64,000 nt of DNA from Octopus sinensis. Lineage: Eukaryota. The position numbers and the translations under genes were made by a program. The stretch spans positions 33,418,001 through 33,482,000 of the forward strand of contig NC_043012.1 in NCBI RefSeq assembly GCF_006345805.1. The letters are read 5' to 3'. The notes below the pieces were generated by a model that worked only from the letters and a program-made list of their open reading frames with translations, made no database searches and had not been told where the DNA came from. Within the stretch, counting starts at the first letter, position 1; each line of letters starts with the position of its first letter. Positions 39,906 through 52,544 of the stretch are shown here, one piece after another.

Positions 39906-39966
39906 AAAGCAATTAAATAAAAAAGATTTTTAGGTATCTTTAAAATTATTACGAAATTTATGAACC

Positions 39967-40803
39967 ATTTGATTTGCTACCAATTGAGTCATTGAGGGAA
40001 CAGCCCTGACTTCGATGACACAAAACGGAGTAAGCGATAAAGGGAGGTAATAACGAGTTACGTTATGAGTTAACATCGTACGAGCTGAAATGGGAGAATT
40101 TTTCGGGTACTAAAACGTAGACAATAGTGCTTAACAGTAAGTTGGTAATGGAGATTGTTCCCTGTTTTTGTGTTTATTAGAAACTATTTAGGTGCAGGAG
40201 TGGTTGTGTGGTAAGTAGCTTGCTAACCAGCCACATGGTTCCGGGTTCAGTCCCACTGCGTGGAATCTTGGGCAAGTGTCTTCTGCTATAGCCCCGGGCC
40301 GACCAATGCCTTGTGAGTGGATTTGGTAGACGGAAACTGAAAGAAGCCTGTCGTATATAGTATATATATGTATTTGTGTGTGTTTGGTGTGTCTGTGTTT
40401 TGTTCCCCTAGCATTGCTTGACAACCGATGCCGGTGTGTTTACGTCCCCGTCACTTAGCGGTTCGGCAAAAAGAGACCGATAGAATAAGTACTGGGCTTA
40501 CAAAATGAATAAGTCCGGGTCGAGTTGCTCGACTAAAGGTGGTGCTCCAGCATGGCCGCAGTCAAATGACTGAAACAAGTAAAAGAGTAAAAGAGTAAAA
40601 GAGTATTTAAAAAGCCGCACGGACTGCGGATTTTTAAGATAACTGCAGAGGGCTACTTGGGTCTGCGGCACAAAACCAAAGAGAACAATAATAATAAATT
40701 TGATTTGCTACCAATTGAGTCATTGAGGGAACAGCCCTGACTTCGATGACACAAAACGGAGTAAGCGATAAAGGGAGGTAATAACGAGTTACGTTATGAG
40801 TTA
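39967..40803 (+). repeat. Perfect 106-bp direct duplication (39967-40072 and 40698-40803)
   Basis: Identical by eye; brackets a SINE. Confidence 0.9.
40191..40605 (+). mobile_element. SINE family B, full length
   Basis: A-box TGGTTGTGTGG, B-box GGTTCAGTCCC, (AAAAGAGT)n tail. Confidence 0.92.
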
Positions 40804-41199
40804 TTATTGGTACTCTACAAATGTGGAATTATCCAACCAATATGGTATTACTTTAAATTCAGTTTAAATGTGTAGTGTGATGGAGGAAGAAGAGAACAGA
40901 AAAAGAAGCAAACGGGAGAAAGAAATACAAAGACCTTACCTGTTGACCTCGGCGGGATGAGCGATCACTGTCAAGAAATAAACACGGCTTTGCACGCAGC
41001 CGTCTCTGCTCGAACTGCCCGCACGTGGTTCCTGCCCACGCATGCCTCGTGGCTGTTCCACATGCCCCTGCAGTCTTCACTTCCGTCTACCTCATCTGCA
41101 ATCCTCTCCACCAACACCACATAGCTCATCACAGCCCATAACACCACAAACACCACAAAATTTGAATTTCCAACTGTTAGCTTATAACAAAATCCTCAC

Positions 41200-41367
41200 C
41201 CAGACCTGATCCCAATGCTGGATGTTCAAGAAGCAAACGAAGGGCAGATTTTCAATCCCAGGATCATCCTGATTCCAGAAATTTTACATTTGCTCTACAG
41301 AGAAAATGTAGACTGTGATACAGGGGTTTCGGACGGACAAACAGAATTTCGCGTTTATTATTATAGA
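41200..41367 (-). mobile_element. Helitron-like 5' end, truncated
   Basis: The minus strand begins A^TCTATAATAATAAACGCGAAATTCTGTTTGTCCGTCC, like the other Helitron 5' ends here; no 3' CTAG found. Confidence 0.5.
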
Positions 41368-41614
41368 TATTATATACTATAGCAATGCATACACATACAT
41401 ACATACATACATACATACATACCAGTAATTACTGGGAAACATGGTTACATAACTCGGCATCCACATTAAGAATCATAATCGAAGTTCTTGTACTGATGTG
41501 ACCCTGCCTGATAATAATAGCCACTGTAACAAAATATACATTCCCAACATTAACCGATCACCTGATGGGCAACACCCTGGTTTGATAATAATGATAACGA
41601 TAATAATAATTATA

Positions 41615-41645
<31 letters not shown>

Positions 41646-41985
41646 GGAGGAGGAGGAGGAGGAGTATGGGGAGGAAGATAACGACGATGATGGTGACGAT
41701 GACGATAATGATGATGATGATGGTGATGATGATGATGATGATGATGATGCTGATGATGATGCTAATAAATTTATTGATGACAGTATTGAAAATATTGAAA
41801 ATAATGATGATTATGATCGACCTAGAGACTTCAGTATTGGTCAGTTAGATCTAACAAAGTTGGCAACATACACCAGTTCAAAAATCAATAATCAATACAT
41901 CTTTAATATTATTTCCTGACAGTCAATGCGTTTAGAGTTAGATTACTGAAAGCTGACAAATAAAAAAGGTGAAGTGTACTTTTAT

Positions 41986-42025
<40 letters not shown>

Positions 42026-42360
42026 ACACACAAGCACACGTGTGCATGTGTGTGTGTGTGCCTGAGTGTGTATGTGTGAGTACATGTGTGTAAATGTTTT
42101 CGCATGCCTATGTATATAAATGTGTGAGATATAATACATACGTACACATATGCATACATACTGTGTGAGTATGTAGGTCTGTATATATATATATATATGT
42201 GTGTGTGTATGCGTGTGTGTGTGCATGTGTGTGTATATGTATATATATAATACATATATAGTATATACATGTGCATACACATGTGTGTATATATATGTAT
42301 ATATATATATAGTATATATACACACACGCACACACATAGTATATACATGTGCATACACAA

Positions 42361-42403
<43 letters not shown>

Positions 42404-42576
42404 ACACACACATATATATGCAATTACACATGCAAATATACACAAGTGCGTGCACACACATGCAAGCATATATTTGTTTGTGTGTATGTCTGTGTCTGTG
42501 TCTGTGACTGCGTGTGTAAGTGTGTGTATGTGTGTATGTGTGTACATACATTCAGGGATACATACAAACATACATG

Positions 42577-42607
<31 letters not shown>

Positions 42608-43167
42608 GAATACACACACACTTACACATGCACTCGCATACTTGCACACACATATTCTAAAAATAGATTATTGGTCATAACGAAAAACATCACATGTGCA
42701 CGCACACATACACGTACAATCACACGTACACACAATATCGTATATATAAACATGCACACCAGATAAGCATACATGTACAGATTAACACACAAACACACAC
42801 ATTCACACCTAGATACAAACTGATGCAGATACCCCCGTAAACACAGGCTACTCGCATCACTTGAAAGAAACAAAATTTTTATTCCTGTTTATTTGTATAT
42901 TTTTTTGATTAATAAATTATATAAACTAGAAAATAATTTTAAAAAGAAACATTAACGATAACATTTAAAAAAAAAAAATTAATTTAGCTTTTAATCTAAG
43001 ATAATTTAGACTTGAAGAGAACAGCCGTACAATGCGAAGTATGACTGATAACACGGTTTCAGAGCGTAGTGCATAGGATATATATATATATGATATATAT
43101 ATATATATATATATGTTTATATATATATATGTTTATAATATATATGTTTATATATATATATATATAT

Positions 43168-45476
43168 AGGAGATAAATAAAAATATATGCATACATACAA
43201 ACATATATGTACGTACCTACATCTACATGTATAATATACATGCATATATAAATAATTATACGGAAGTACAGGACATCACAATAAGACGTAGAAACAGAAA
43301 AAGCCAAAACAAAAAAAACAAGAAAACGGAAAACGAAAAACAGATACAGGACAGGTTACACAAGGACCAAACCCCCGTCATCAGCTGTCGCTAGAGGAGT
43401 CAGGCATGTTCGAAGGCATAACAGAACACTAATCCAATAGGCCTTCCTGCGAGAGAATTAAAATAAAATTCAAGCAGCGGGGCACAATGAGTACGAACAC
43501 AAACAAGGACGTAACAATAAGACTGCAAAATTAAAATACATGTACAAAAACAACACACAAGAGGACGAACGAAAAAGCCTTTTTTCTGGCATAGACAAAC
43601 AATAAAACTGCAAAAATAAAAATACATGTACAAAAAGTACAATTAGTTACAAAACGAGAAAATAACAAGAATACTATACAGGAAATTAACCACACAAGGG
43701 GACGAACGAAGAAGCCTTTTGCTGGCAAGGACGAAAGTGTAGTAGCAGCGCGTGGAGGCAGTCTTTTCAATAGTGGTAACCACGTGTAAAGGAATTTTGT
43801 TTTATAGGCAAGGAAGGGGGAAGGAGGAGGGGACACGCGGCGAAGAGAGAGGAGGAGGGGGAGGAGAAAGATTGAAGAGGTTAAAGCAAAGGGAGAGAGT
43901 ACCGCATCTTCAATATAATAATTAATATAAAAAAAGGGGACCAAGAAGTGGATCGAAACGACGAATCGGAACGAACCTGATGCGGGGCGCTGTCAGACAT
44001 AAGGAGATAAATAAAAATATATGCATACATACAAACATATATGTACGTACCTACATCTACATGTATATATACATGCATATATAAATAATTATACGGAAGT
44101 ACAGGACATCACAATAAGACGTAGAAACAGAAAAAGCCAAAAAACAAAAAACAAGAAAACGGAAAACGAAAAACAGATACAGGACAGGTTACACAAGGAC
44201 AAAACCCCCGTCATCAGCTGTCGCTAGAGGAGTCAGGCATGTTTCGAAGGCATAACAGAACACTAATCCAATAGGCCTTCCTGCGAGAGAATTAAAATAA
44301 AATTTCAAGCAGCGGGGCACAATGAGTACGAACACAAACAAGACGTAACAATAAGACTGCAAAATTAAAATACATGTACAAAAACAAACACAAGAGGACG
44401 AACGAAAAAGCCTTTTTTCTGGCATAGACAAACAATAAAACTGCAAAAATAAAAATACATGTACAAAAAGTACAATTAGTTACAAAACGAGAAAATAACA
44501 AGAATACTATACAGGAAATTAACCACACAAGGGGACGAACGAAGAAGCTTTTGCTGGCAAGGACGAAAGTGTAGTAGCAGCGCGTGGAGGCAGTCTTTTC
44601 AATAGTGGTAACCACGTGTAAAGGAATTTTGTTTTATAGGCAAGGAAGGGGGAAGGAGGAAGGGGGACACGCGGCGAAGAGAGAGGAGGAGGGGGGAGGA
44701 GAAAGATTGAAGAGGTTAAAGCAAAGGGAGAGAGTACCGCATTCTTCAATATAATAATATTAATATAAAAAAAGGGGACCAAGAAGTGGATCGAAAAACG
44801 ACGAATCGGAACGAACCTGATGCGGGCGCGCTGTCAGACCAATAAGGAGATAAATAAAAATATATGCATACATACAAACATATATGTACGTACCTACATC
44901 TACATGTATATATACATGCATATATAAATAATTATACGAAGTACAGGACATCACAATAAGGACGTAGAAACAGAAAAAGCCAAAAAACAAAAAACAAGAA
45001 AACGGAAAACGAAAAACAGTACAGGACAGGTTACACAAGGACAAAACCCCCGTCATCAGCTGTCGCTAGAGAGTCAGGCATGTTTCGAAGGCATAACAGA
45101 ACACTAATCCAATAGGCCTTCCTGCGAGAGAATTAAAATAAAATTTCAAGCAGCGGGGACAATGAGTACGAACACAAACAGACGTAACAATAAGACTGCA
45201 AAATTAAAATACATGTACAAAACCCAACACAAGAGGACGAACGAAAAAAAGCCTTTTTTCTGGCATAGACAAACAATAAAACTGCAAAAATAAAAATACA
45301 TGTACAAAAATACAATTAGTTACAAAACGAGAAAATAAACAAGATACTATACAGGAAATTAACACACAAGGGGACGAACGAAGAAAGCCTTTGCTGGCAA
45401 GGACGAAAGTGTAGTAGCAGCGCGTGGAGGCAGTCTTTTCAATATTGGTAACAAGTGTAAAGGAATTTTGTTTTAT
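43168..45476. repeat. Tandem array of an ~835-840-bp unit (~2.75 copies), unclassified
   Basis: AGGAGATAAATAAAAA recurs at 43168, 44002 and 44845; flanked by (TA)n. Confidence 0.95.
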
Positions 45477-45706
45477 ATATATATGGATATATAATGTATA
45501 TATGTATATATATGTATATATATGATATATATATAATATTTATATTATATATATATTATATATATATATATATAATATATATACATACATATATATCTTC
45601 TCCGGATTTACGTTTTTCTACAAACGATATGTATATATATATATATGTATGTATATATCGAACGATAAAAATACACACAACACACACATGTGTGTATGCA
45701 CAAACA

Positions 45707-45744
<38 letters not shown>

Positions 45745-46729
45745 AATCTTTATGTGTGAGGTTGAGGGTGGGTGTGTCTCTCCGCATGTATGTATATATA
45801 TATGTAATATACATATGTATATGTGTATGTGTGTGTGTGTGTATGTATTTATGCATGTGTAAAGTGAAAGAGATAGAAAATGACATAAAAATTTAATTGG
45901 GTGGATTATTTATTTATTTGTTTATTTGTTTATGTGTTTGTTCGTTTATTTGCTTTTTAGTTTCTTTGTGTTTAGGGAGAGAGGGACGGAGAAGAGGACA
46001 GGTTGGAATGTCACAAGATAAAATATGGCGAAAGAAGGGAAAGTGGGGAAGAGAAGATGAGAGAGAGAGAGAGAGGGGGGGAATTTGGTGTGAAAGAAAG
46101 AGATAGAGAGAAAGTGGGAGGGGTGGAGTGAAAGAGAAGTAGGGTGTGAGACAGAGGGGTAGAGACTAAGAAAGAGAGGTAGCGAGAAAAGGAGGTAGAG
46201 AGTAAGAAATTGAGGTTGTGAGAAAGAGAGAGAGAGGGAGAGAGGGAGAGAAAATGGAGTAAAGGGTAGCGAGAAAGAGAGAAAGGTAAAAATGTAAGAA
46301 AAAGAAGGTAAAGGAAAGAAAGAGAGGTAGAGAGAAAGAGAGAGTATGTAAGAAAGGGAGAGAGAAAGAGAAAGGTAAAAAGTAAGGAAGAAGGTGGTCA
46401 GGAAGAGAGGGGTAGAGAGTGAAAAAAAGAGTGAAGAGAAAAAAAAATGAAAGGTAGAGAGGAAGAAAGAGAGGTAGAGCGAAAGAAAACTTGATAGTCA
46501 TTCAGAAAGAGAGAGGCGAGGGTTGGGGTGGGGGTGGGGGCAAATGTGCAGAAGAAAAAGAAACAATGTTACAAGTTTGGAACAAATGAGAGGAAAAAAA
46601 GTGAGAGACAGAGAGGAGATAAACGTAGAGAGACCGTGTGTGAGATGTGAATGTGTTGTGTGAGATTAGAGGGGGAGACGGGTGAGACAAAATGGGTGAT
46701 GAGGGAAGGTGTGATAAATATATTATATA

Positions 46730-46765
<36 letters not shown>

Positions 46766-47345
46766 TATATATATATATATAATATATATATACATATATA
46801 CATATATATATGTGTGTGTATGTATGTATGTATATATATTATAATATATGTATAATATATATGTATATATATATCTATAATTATATATATAATATATATA
46901 TATATTATATGTATATATACATATATATGTATAATATATATACATATATATGTATATATATATCTATGTTATATGTATGGGTTATATTTTGGGATGGTCA
47001 CTTTTTAAATACAGCGAGAATTGAGAAAGAGAGAAAGAGTGGAAGAGAGATAAATTGCTAGACTTATAGAATGTGGTCTTATGTTGTGTGAATAGAGTGT
47101 GATAATGTAACAAGGATAATAATAATAATAATAAGGAGAACAATGAAAAGGGATTTAAAGATGAGTGTGGTGGTGGTGGTGGTGGTGGTGGTGTGTCTAA
47201 AAGTGAGAGAGGCGGATGGTATGGTACAGAATGGATGAAATGGAGGTGGAAAACAGCAGAGAATGTGAGAGAGTAAGACCGACCGAGAGAGATAAGGTGA
47301 TTGAAAGAATATTTTTACTTTGGTATATATATATATAATAATATA

Positions 47346-47383
<38 letters not shown>

Positions 47384-47539
47384 TGTGTGTGTGTGTGTAT
47401 GTGTGTGTGTGTATGTGGTGTGTGTGTATGTGTGTGGTGTGGTTGTGTGGTGTTGTGTGTGTGTGTGTGTGTGGGTGTGTGTGTGTGTATAAACATCCCG
47501 TTTGAGTTTTTCACGCACAGGGGTGGGACCTGAACTGAG

Positions 47540-48880
47540 AAATCATCTGATGCTTCTTATTCTCAAGATCTAGGAAAGCAAGAACCCAACGAACGAGTTC
47601 CGCGATGCAACTATCAGCACCACCTACAAGAATGAAGACCGAGAGGATTGCAACAACTATCGGGGCATCTCACTCCAGAATATTGAAAAGTAAGATCTTC
47701 GCCCGTATCCAACTCAATCGCCTCCTCATTCCCGCGAAAGACGTCCTCCCTGAGTCCCAGTGTGGCCTTTGACTCTCTCGAGGCACAATCGACACAATCT
47801 TTTGTGCCCGTCAACTCCAGAAGTGTTAGGAACAACAACAGCCAGCAATGTTTATCTGGGATCTAAAGAAAGCCTTTGACAAAGTCCCCCGTCCTACAAT
47901 GTGGGCCGTCCCTGCCCGGTTTGGATGTCCGGAGGACTTCATTGCCCTGGTCCACTACCTCCACGACGCCACGGTGGGTAGAGTATGCCATCAAAATGCG
48001 CTCACAGACCCGTTTCCCATCATTGGAGTGTCTTAAGCAAGGATGCTTCCTGGCACCAACATGTTTCTCTTTGTACATGGCCGCTATGTTCAAATAAATC
48101 CCACTAGACTCGCCTTCCATCAACATGCGCTATCGCTTGGATGGCAGATTCTTCAATCTCGCATGTCTCCGCGCAAAGACGAGGACCTCCACCATCTTAG
48201 TCCGTGAGATGCAGTATGCCGACGACAATGCCAATCCAAGCAGGACCGCAGATGGCCTACAAAGGACGGCCGATCTTTACAACGCGGCTTACGAACGCTT
48301 CGGTATGCAGGTAAACACATTAAAGACCAAGACACTGATGCAACCTGCACCAGTCCAGAACAATCCACCCACAAACATTAGTATCAATGGCCAACCGAGA
48401 AGTTGAACACTTCACATACCTTGGAAGTATCCTTTCGAAGACATGGAGAACTGGGCAGGTCACGTCCAGCGTATGAAGCCCTCTCGTTTCCCGAGGATCA
48501 TGCTCTACGGAGAACTTGCAATCGGAACAAGACCCAGAGGAGGTCCGAAATTCCGTTTTAAAGTCCAGCTCAAACGGCCCTTGGCTCAAGCTAACATCCA
48601 GCCATCCTCATGGGAACAGATTGCCATGGCTAGGACAGCCTGGAGTACTGTTATCCGCAATGGAGCCATCTCCTTCGAGCAGAACATACAACAGAATGAG
48701 GAGGCAAAACGCAGAAGAAGAAAGGAGCGTCTTCAACATCCTCGACCTGCACCGAACATCCCGTGCGAGTTCTGCTCATAACTCTTTCACCTCCGACTTG
48801 GACTCCAACGTCACTTTCGGTACAAACATCAACCGAGGAGACTGAATGGAAACTGACGAACCGATTGGTCAGATAGGAGC
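47540..48880 (+). mobile_element. RTE-clade LINE 3' portion, degraded
   Basis: EFRDATI, DCNNYRGISL, LPESQCG, DLKKAFDKVPR, KQGCFLAP, QYADD, WAGHVQRM...YGEL...RPRGGPK.RFK, and a C-terminal CEFC...H...H motif. Confidence 0.92.
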
Positions 48881-49386
48881 TAGAGCTTCAGCGGACATAC
48901 ATACACATACACATGTACACCCAAAACCACCCCCACACATACGCACACACACAAACGCACACAAACACACATGCACATGCGTGCGCACACACACTACCTT
49001 AAGCTACACTTAAACTAACTTAGCACTCCTTTCATTAACATACGTAGGAGCTAAGAAACAATATGGTGTCCTGTACGTGCGTGCGTTCGCACTCACAAAC
49101 ATACATATGCGCACGTACCTGTACACATCCACATTGGTCTGGGCATTGACAAACATACACACACATATACGCACACGTACACACACACACGGGAGAAAAC
49201 TCACACATATGCACGCATGCGCATTCATTTCCCTACATGCGCTCACTCCTTCCTTACACACATATGCATACAAATATCCACACACATATGTACACAATAC
49301 ACGTACACGTACACATTTATGTACAGAAACTACTCGCACCTACACACACACACACCACAGGTGTACATGCACATTATGTGGAAGCA

Positions 49387-49562
49387 CTCCGTCGGTTACG
49401 ACGATGAGGGTTCCGGTTGATCCGAATCAACGGAACAGCCTGCTCGTGAAATTAACGTGTAAGTGGCTGAGCACTCCACAGACACGTGTATCCTTAACGT
49501 AGTTCTCGGGGATATTCAGCGTGACACAGAGAGTGACAAGGCCGGCCCTTTGAAATACAGGT
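49387..49562 (-). mobile_element. SINE family E 3' fragment
   Basis: Homologous to 61220-61270 plus 61515-61745. Confidence 0.65.
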
Positions 49563-49564
49563 GT

Positions 49565-49725
49565 TGGTGTGTTTACGTAACTTAGTGGTTCGGCAAAAAT
49601 ATAAGATAGAATAAGTACTAGGCTTACAAAGAATAAGTTCTGGGGTCGATTTGTTCGACTAAAGTTGGTGCTCCTCTAGCATGGCCGCAGTCAGATGACT
49701 GGAACAAGTAAAAGAGTAAAAGAGT
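49565..49725 (+). mobile_element. SINE family B, 3' part
   Basis: GGTTCGGCAAA...AAGTACTAGGCTTACAAAGAATAAG...GCATGGCCGCAGTC...GTAAAAGAGTAAAAGAG. Confidence 0.8.
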
Positions 49726-49807
49726 GTGTGTGTGTGTTTGTGTTGAATAAAATGAGACAAAGCTAAGGCAGTATGAAATTTTTAGGACATTTATAAAGAG
49801 AAAGGTA

Positions 49808-49855
49808 GTGTTACAGCTGTTTCAAGAATATGAGGGAAACCTTTTCATCAGGGAC
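49808..49855 (-). ncRNA. Degenerate type I hammerhead (intact core, broken stem I), same family as 9018
   Basis: Minus strand GTCC-CTGATGA-A-AAG...CTT-GAA-ACAGCTGT-A-ACAC. Confidence 0.55.
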
Positions 49856-50962
49856 GATATAAAAGGAAAATAGTAATAAAAGAAAAATAATGGGAAATAG
49901 TAGAGTTTAATATACGAAGTTATTTTGGAAAGGGAGAGATTTAGGAAGTATAAAGAGAAATAAAGCATTTTAAATTCATGCACAACATTCGTTTTGGTCC
50001 TACTGTTGTTGAGGTAGGTTTTAGGAGAGGCATCCAGTGTCTCTGATCAGTTGATCTATATGCCTTGTGTTCGGACGACCTGCTCGAGAACAGCCATGCT
50101 TTAACATCCACAGCAGTAGATCATTTGTCACATCGGCTCGTAGTAAGTTTGCCTTTTATTGCCTTCAAAAGTTTGTGTTTGTATTATATTTCTTATGTAA
50201 AAGTTGTGCAACAACTAATACATTCGGTTGTGCAAATTCTTTGCACGGGAAACCTGTCCTGTGTGGCGTGTTTCCCGATTTTGTAAATTTGTTTTCGGCT
50301 TTCTAAGCCATTTCTGTTTTGAGAATGGCGCCTTCAAGCCATATGAAGTCGTCGTTGAAAGGAACGCTGGTCTCCTTGACAACGCTTACGACGTTGATTT
50401 CCCTACCTTGCCTTCCCCACAGCTTCATGAAGGGGGGAAGGAGGGGAGAAGCAACACAGGTGCAGGTGTGAGCAGGAACGCCAGCACCGCCGCCACCGAC
50501 ACACGAAAAAATTGGAAGCACGCAGACGACAGCTTCACAGTCAACTACGACTACGGACAACTCTGCACAAACATCACCATCACAGCCACGACCACGACTA
50601 CCACCACTACCACAGCCACGACCACAACCACCACAGCCACGACCACCACCACAACCACCACCACGACCACCACCTCCACAAAAAAGACAACTTTCGCAGA
50701 AGCAATAAGACCAAAAGGGATAATTTTAAGTTTCACTGCCCAACAAATACAAGATACAAAATCTTTACTCACCAAAGACGGCGACACATTACACCTAAAC
50801 ATTATTCCACGTAACATTTTGGAAGAAGCACAAAAGAAAACGATTATTTACAAAATTCTAAACAAAAAAACAACAAAAAAAACAGAAAGCCCAGCAACAG
50901 AAAATATTGAGAAGTGCCTCGCTCCTGTTTGGCACTTTCGAAATTATGTGATTTGTCAGCTC

Positions 50963-51711
50963 GGATCTTTTCTTTTTGAACGGCAGTTTTCAACACAATT
51001 TCTAGTTAACTAAACACTTTTAAACTTCGTATACTGGTAGAATGTGTCAAAATAAAACATTTTTTTCTCTTGGCTTTCTTGAGAAATTTGTAATTTGTAA
51101 GTTTAACGTAGTTTAATTTTTCGAATTTTAACCAATCCTATGGCCTCTATTGAGCTAAAATCATTTGCTGCGTCTAAAACTGAGACAACATCCTGTCACT
51201 GACCCTAACCCTAACCCTAAATTTTAGCCTTTCGTTTTTTTTTTCTTAATTGTTAAATTAATTTAATTGTTACGCGTGCGTCTAAAATTATTCGTTTTGT
51301 TTTTGTTTTGAGTTTTTGTTTTGATATACACGTGTATTGTTTAAACTATTTTCCATTGCTTAAGAAAAAAAATAACGAAAGGCTAAAACGAAAGCAATGG
51401 AAAATAATTTAAACAATTAACAAACAAAATAATTCTATAATTTTATACACACGCTTTCCGAACGTAAACATAACAGTGACAGGATGTTGTCTCAGTTTTA
51501 GACGCAGCAAATGATTTTAGCTAAATAGAGGCCATCGATTGGTTAAAACTCGAAAAATTAAATTACGTTAAACTTACAAATTACAATTTTCTCAAGAAAG
51601 CCAAGAGAAAAAAATGTTTTATTTTGACACATTCTACCAGTATACGAAGTTTAAAAGTGTTTAGTTAACTAGAAATTGTGTTGAAAACTGCCGTTCAAAA
51701 GGAAAAGATCC
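50963..51711. mobile_element. Foldback MITE (749 bp) with ~239-bp TIRs and an 8-bp TSD
   Basis: TIRs at 50963-51201 and 51474-51711 beginning GGATCTTTT; TSD GTCAGCTC at 50955-50962 and 51712-51719; (CCCTAA)3 just inside the left TIR. Confidence 0.92.
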
Positions 51712-52511
51712 GTCAGCTCTTATTTAGCTCGCCGGCAATATCTCGAAGAGCACAAACGCCTTTTCCGTATAGTGGTGGAAACAGGTACGAGGAATTTTTC
51801 GAAGGAAGGGCTCAAGTTCAGAAGGGAATACAATTCCAGGAGAAAAGGGAGTAATAACATTATTTAGAGGGTACACTTCTTCTCTTGAGGGGATCATATG
51901 CCCCTCAGCCCTACCTCCGGGTCTGCCCATGGTTTGTAACAGTGTGTTTAATATGATTCATTTTACTTTAGACATAGCTTTGTTGTTGAGATTGATACAG
52001 ACCTAGAAGTTCTTTCTGTAGCTTTTTGGAATCGGCTTCATTTGAGGGGCTTCAATGAATAAGTTTAGCTTGAGCCGCTTCTTTGGGATGTTTTCTCTTG
52101 TTTATTATTTCTTGGTCATCACAGTCAATGCATTTATTAGTTCTTGCCTTTGTAAGTATGACCTCTTTTGCAACTTCTCTATGGAATGTTACAAAACTGT
52201 GTCGGGGATGTTTTTCGTTTCCATTTTGTAGTTGCTCAAATCTGTTTCTAACTGCTACAGTGTACTGATTGCGGATTTCGCTGCAGTTGAATAAACTAAC
52301 CAGTCATAGATTCTGATTTGTGTTTTTAGCTGTGACTATAGAATGGACCTTTTTATTTTGATGGAATATTATAGTGCAAGTGGGAAATGATTGGTAGTGT
52401 AACACGGTGAGATGTACATTCATGAGAGCAAAAATGGACGTATCTTTAGGTAGATATTGTCGGTATATACAGTTATATATATATTAGTGTGAAATAAAAG
52501 AATATATAAGC

Positions 52512-52544
<33 letters not shown>

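Noticed and set aside
43168-45476. LTR retrotransposon or solo-LTR interpretation of the array
   Set aside because: No clear TG...CA boundaries, TSD or gag/pol; the TGGTAACC PBS-like word is unconvincing.
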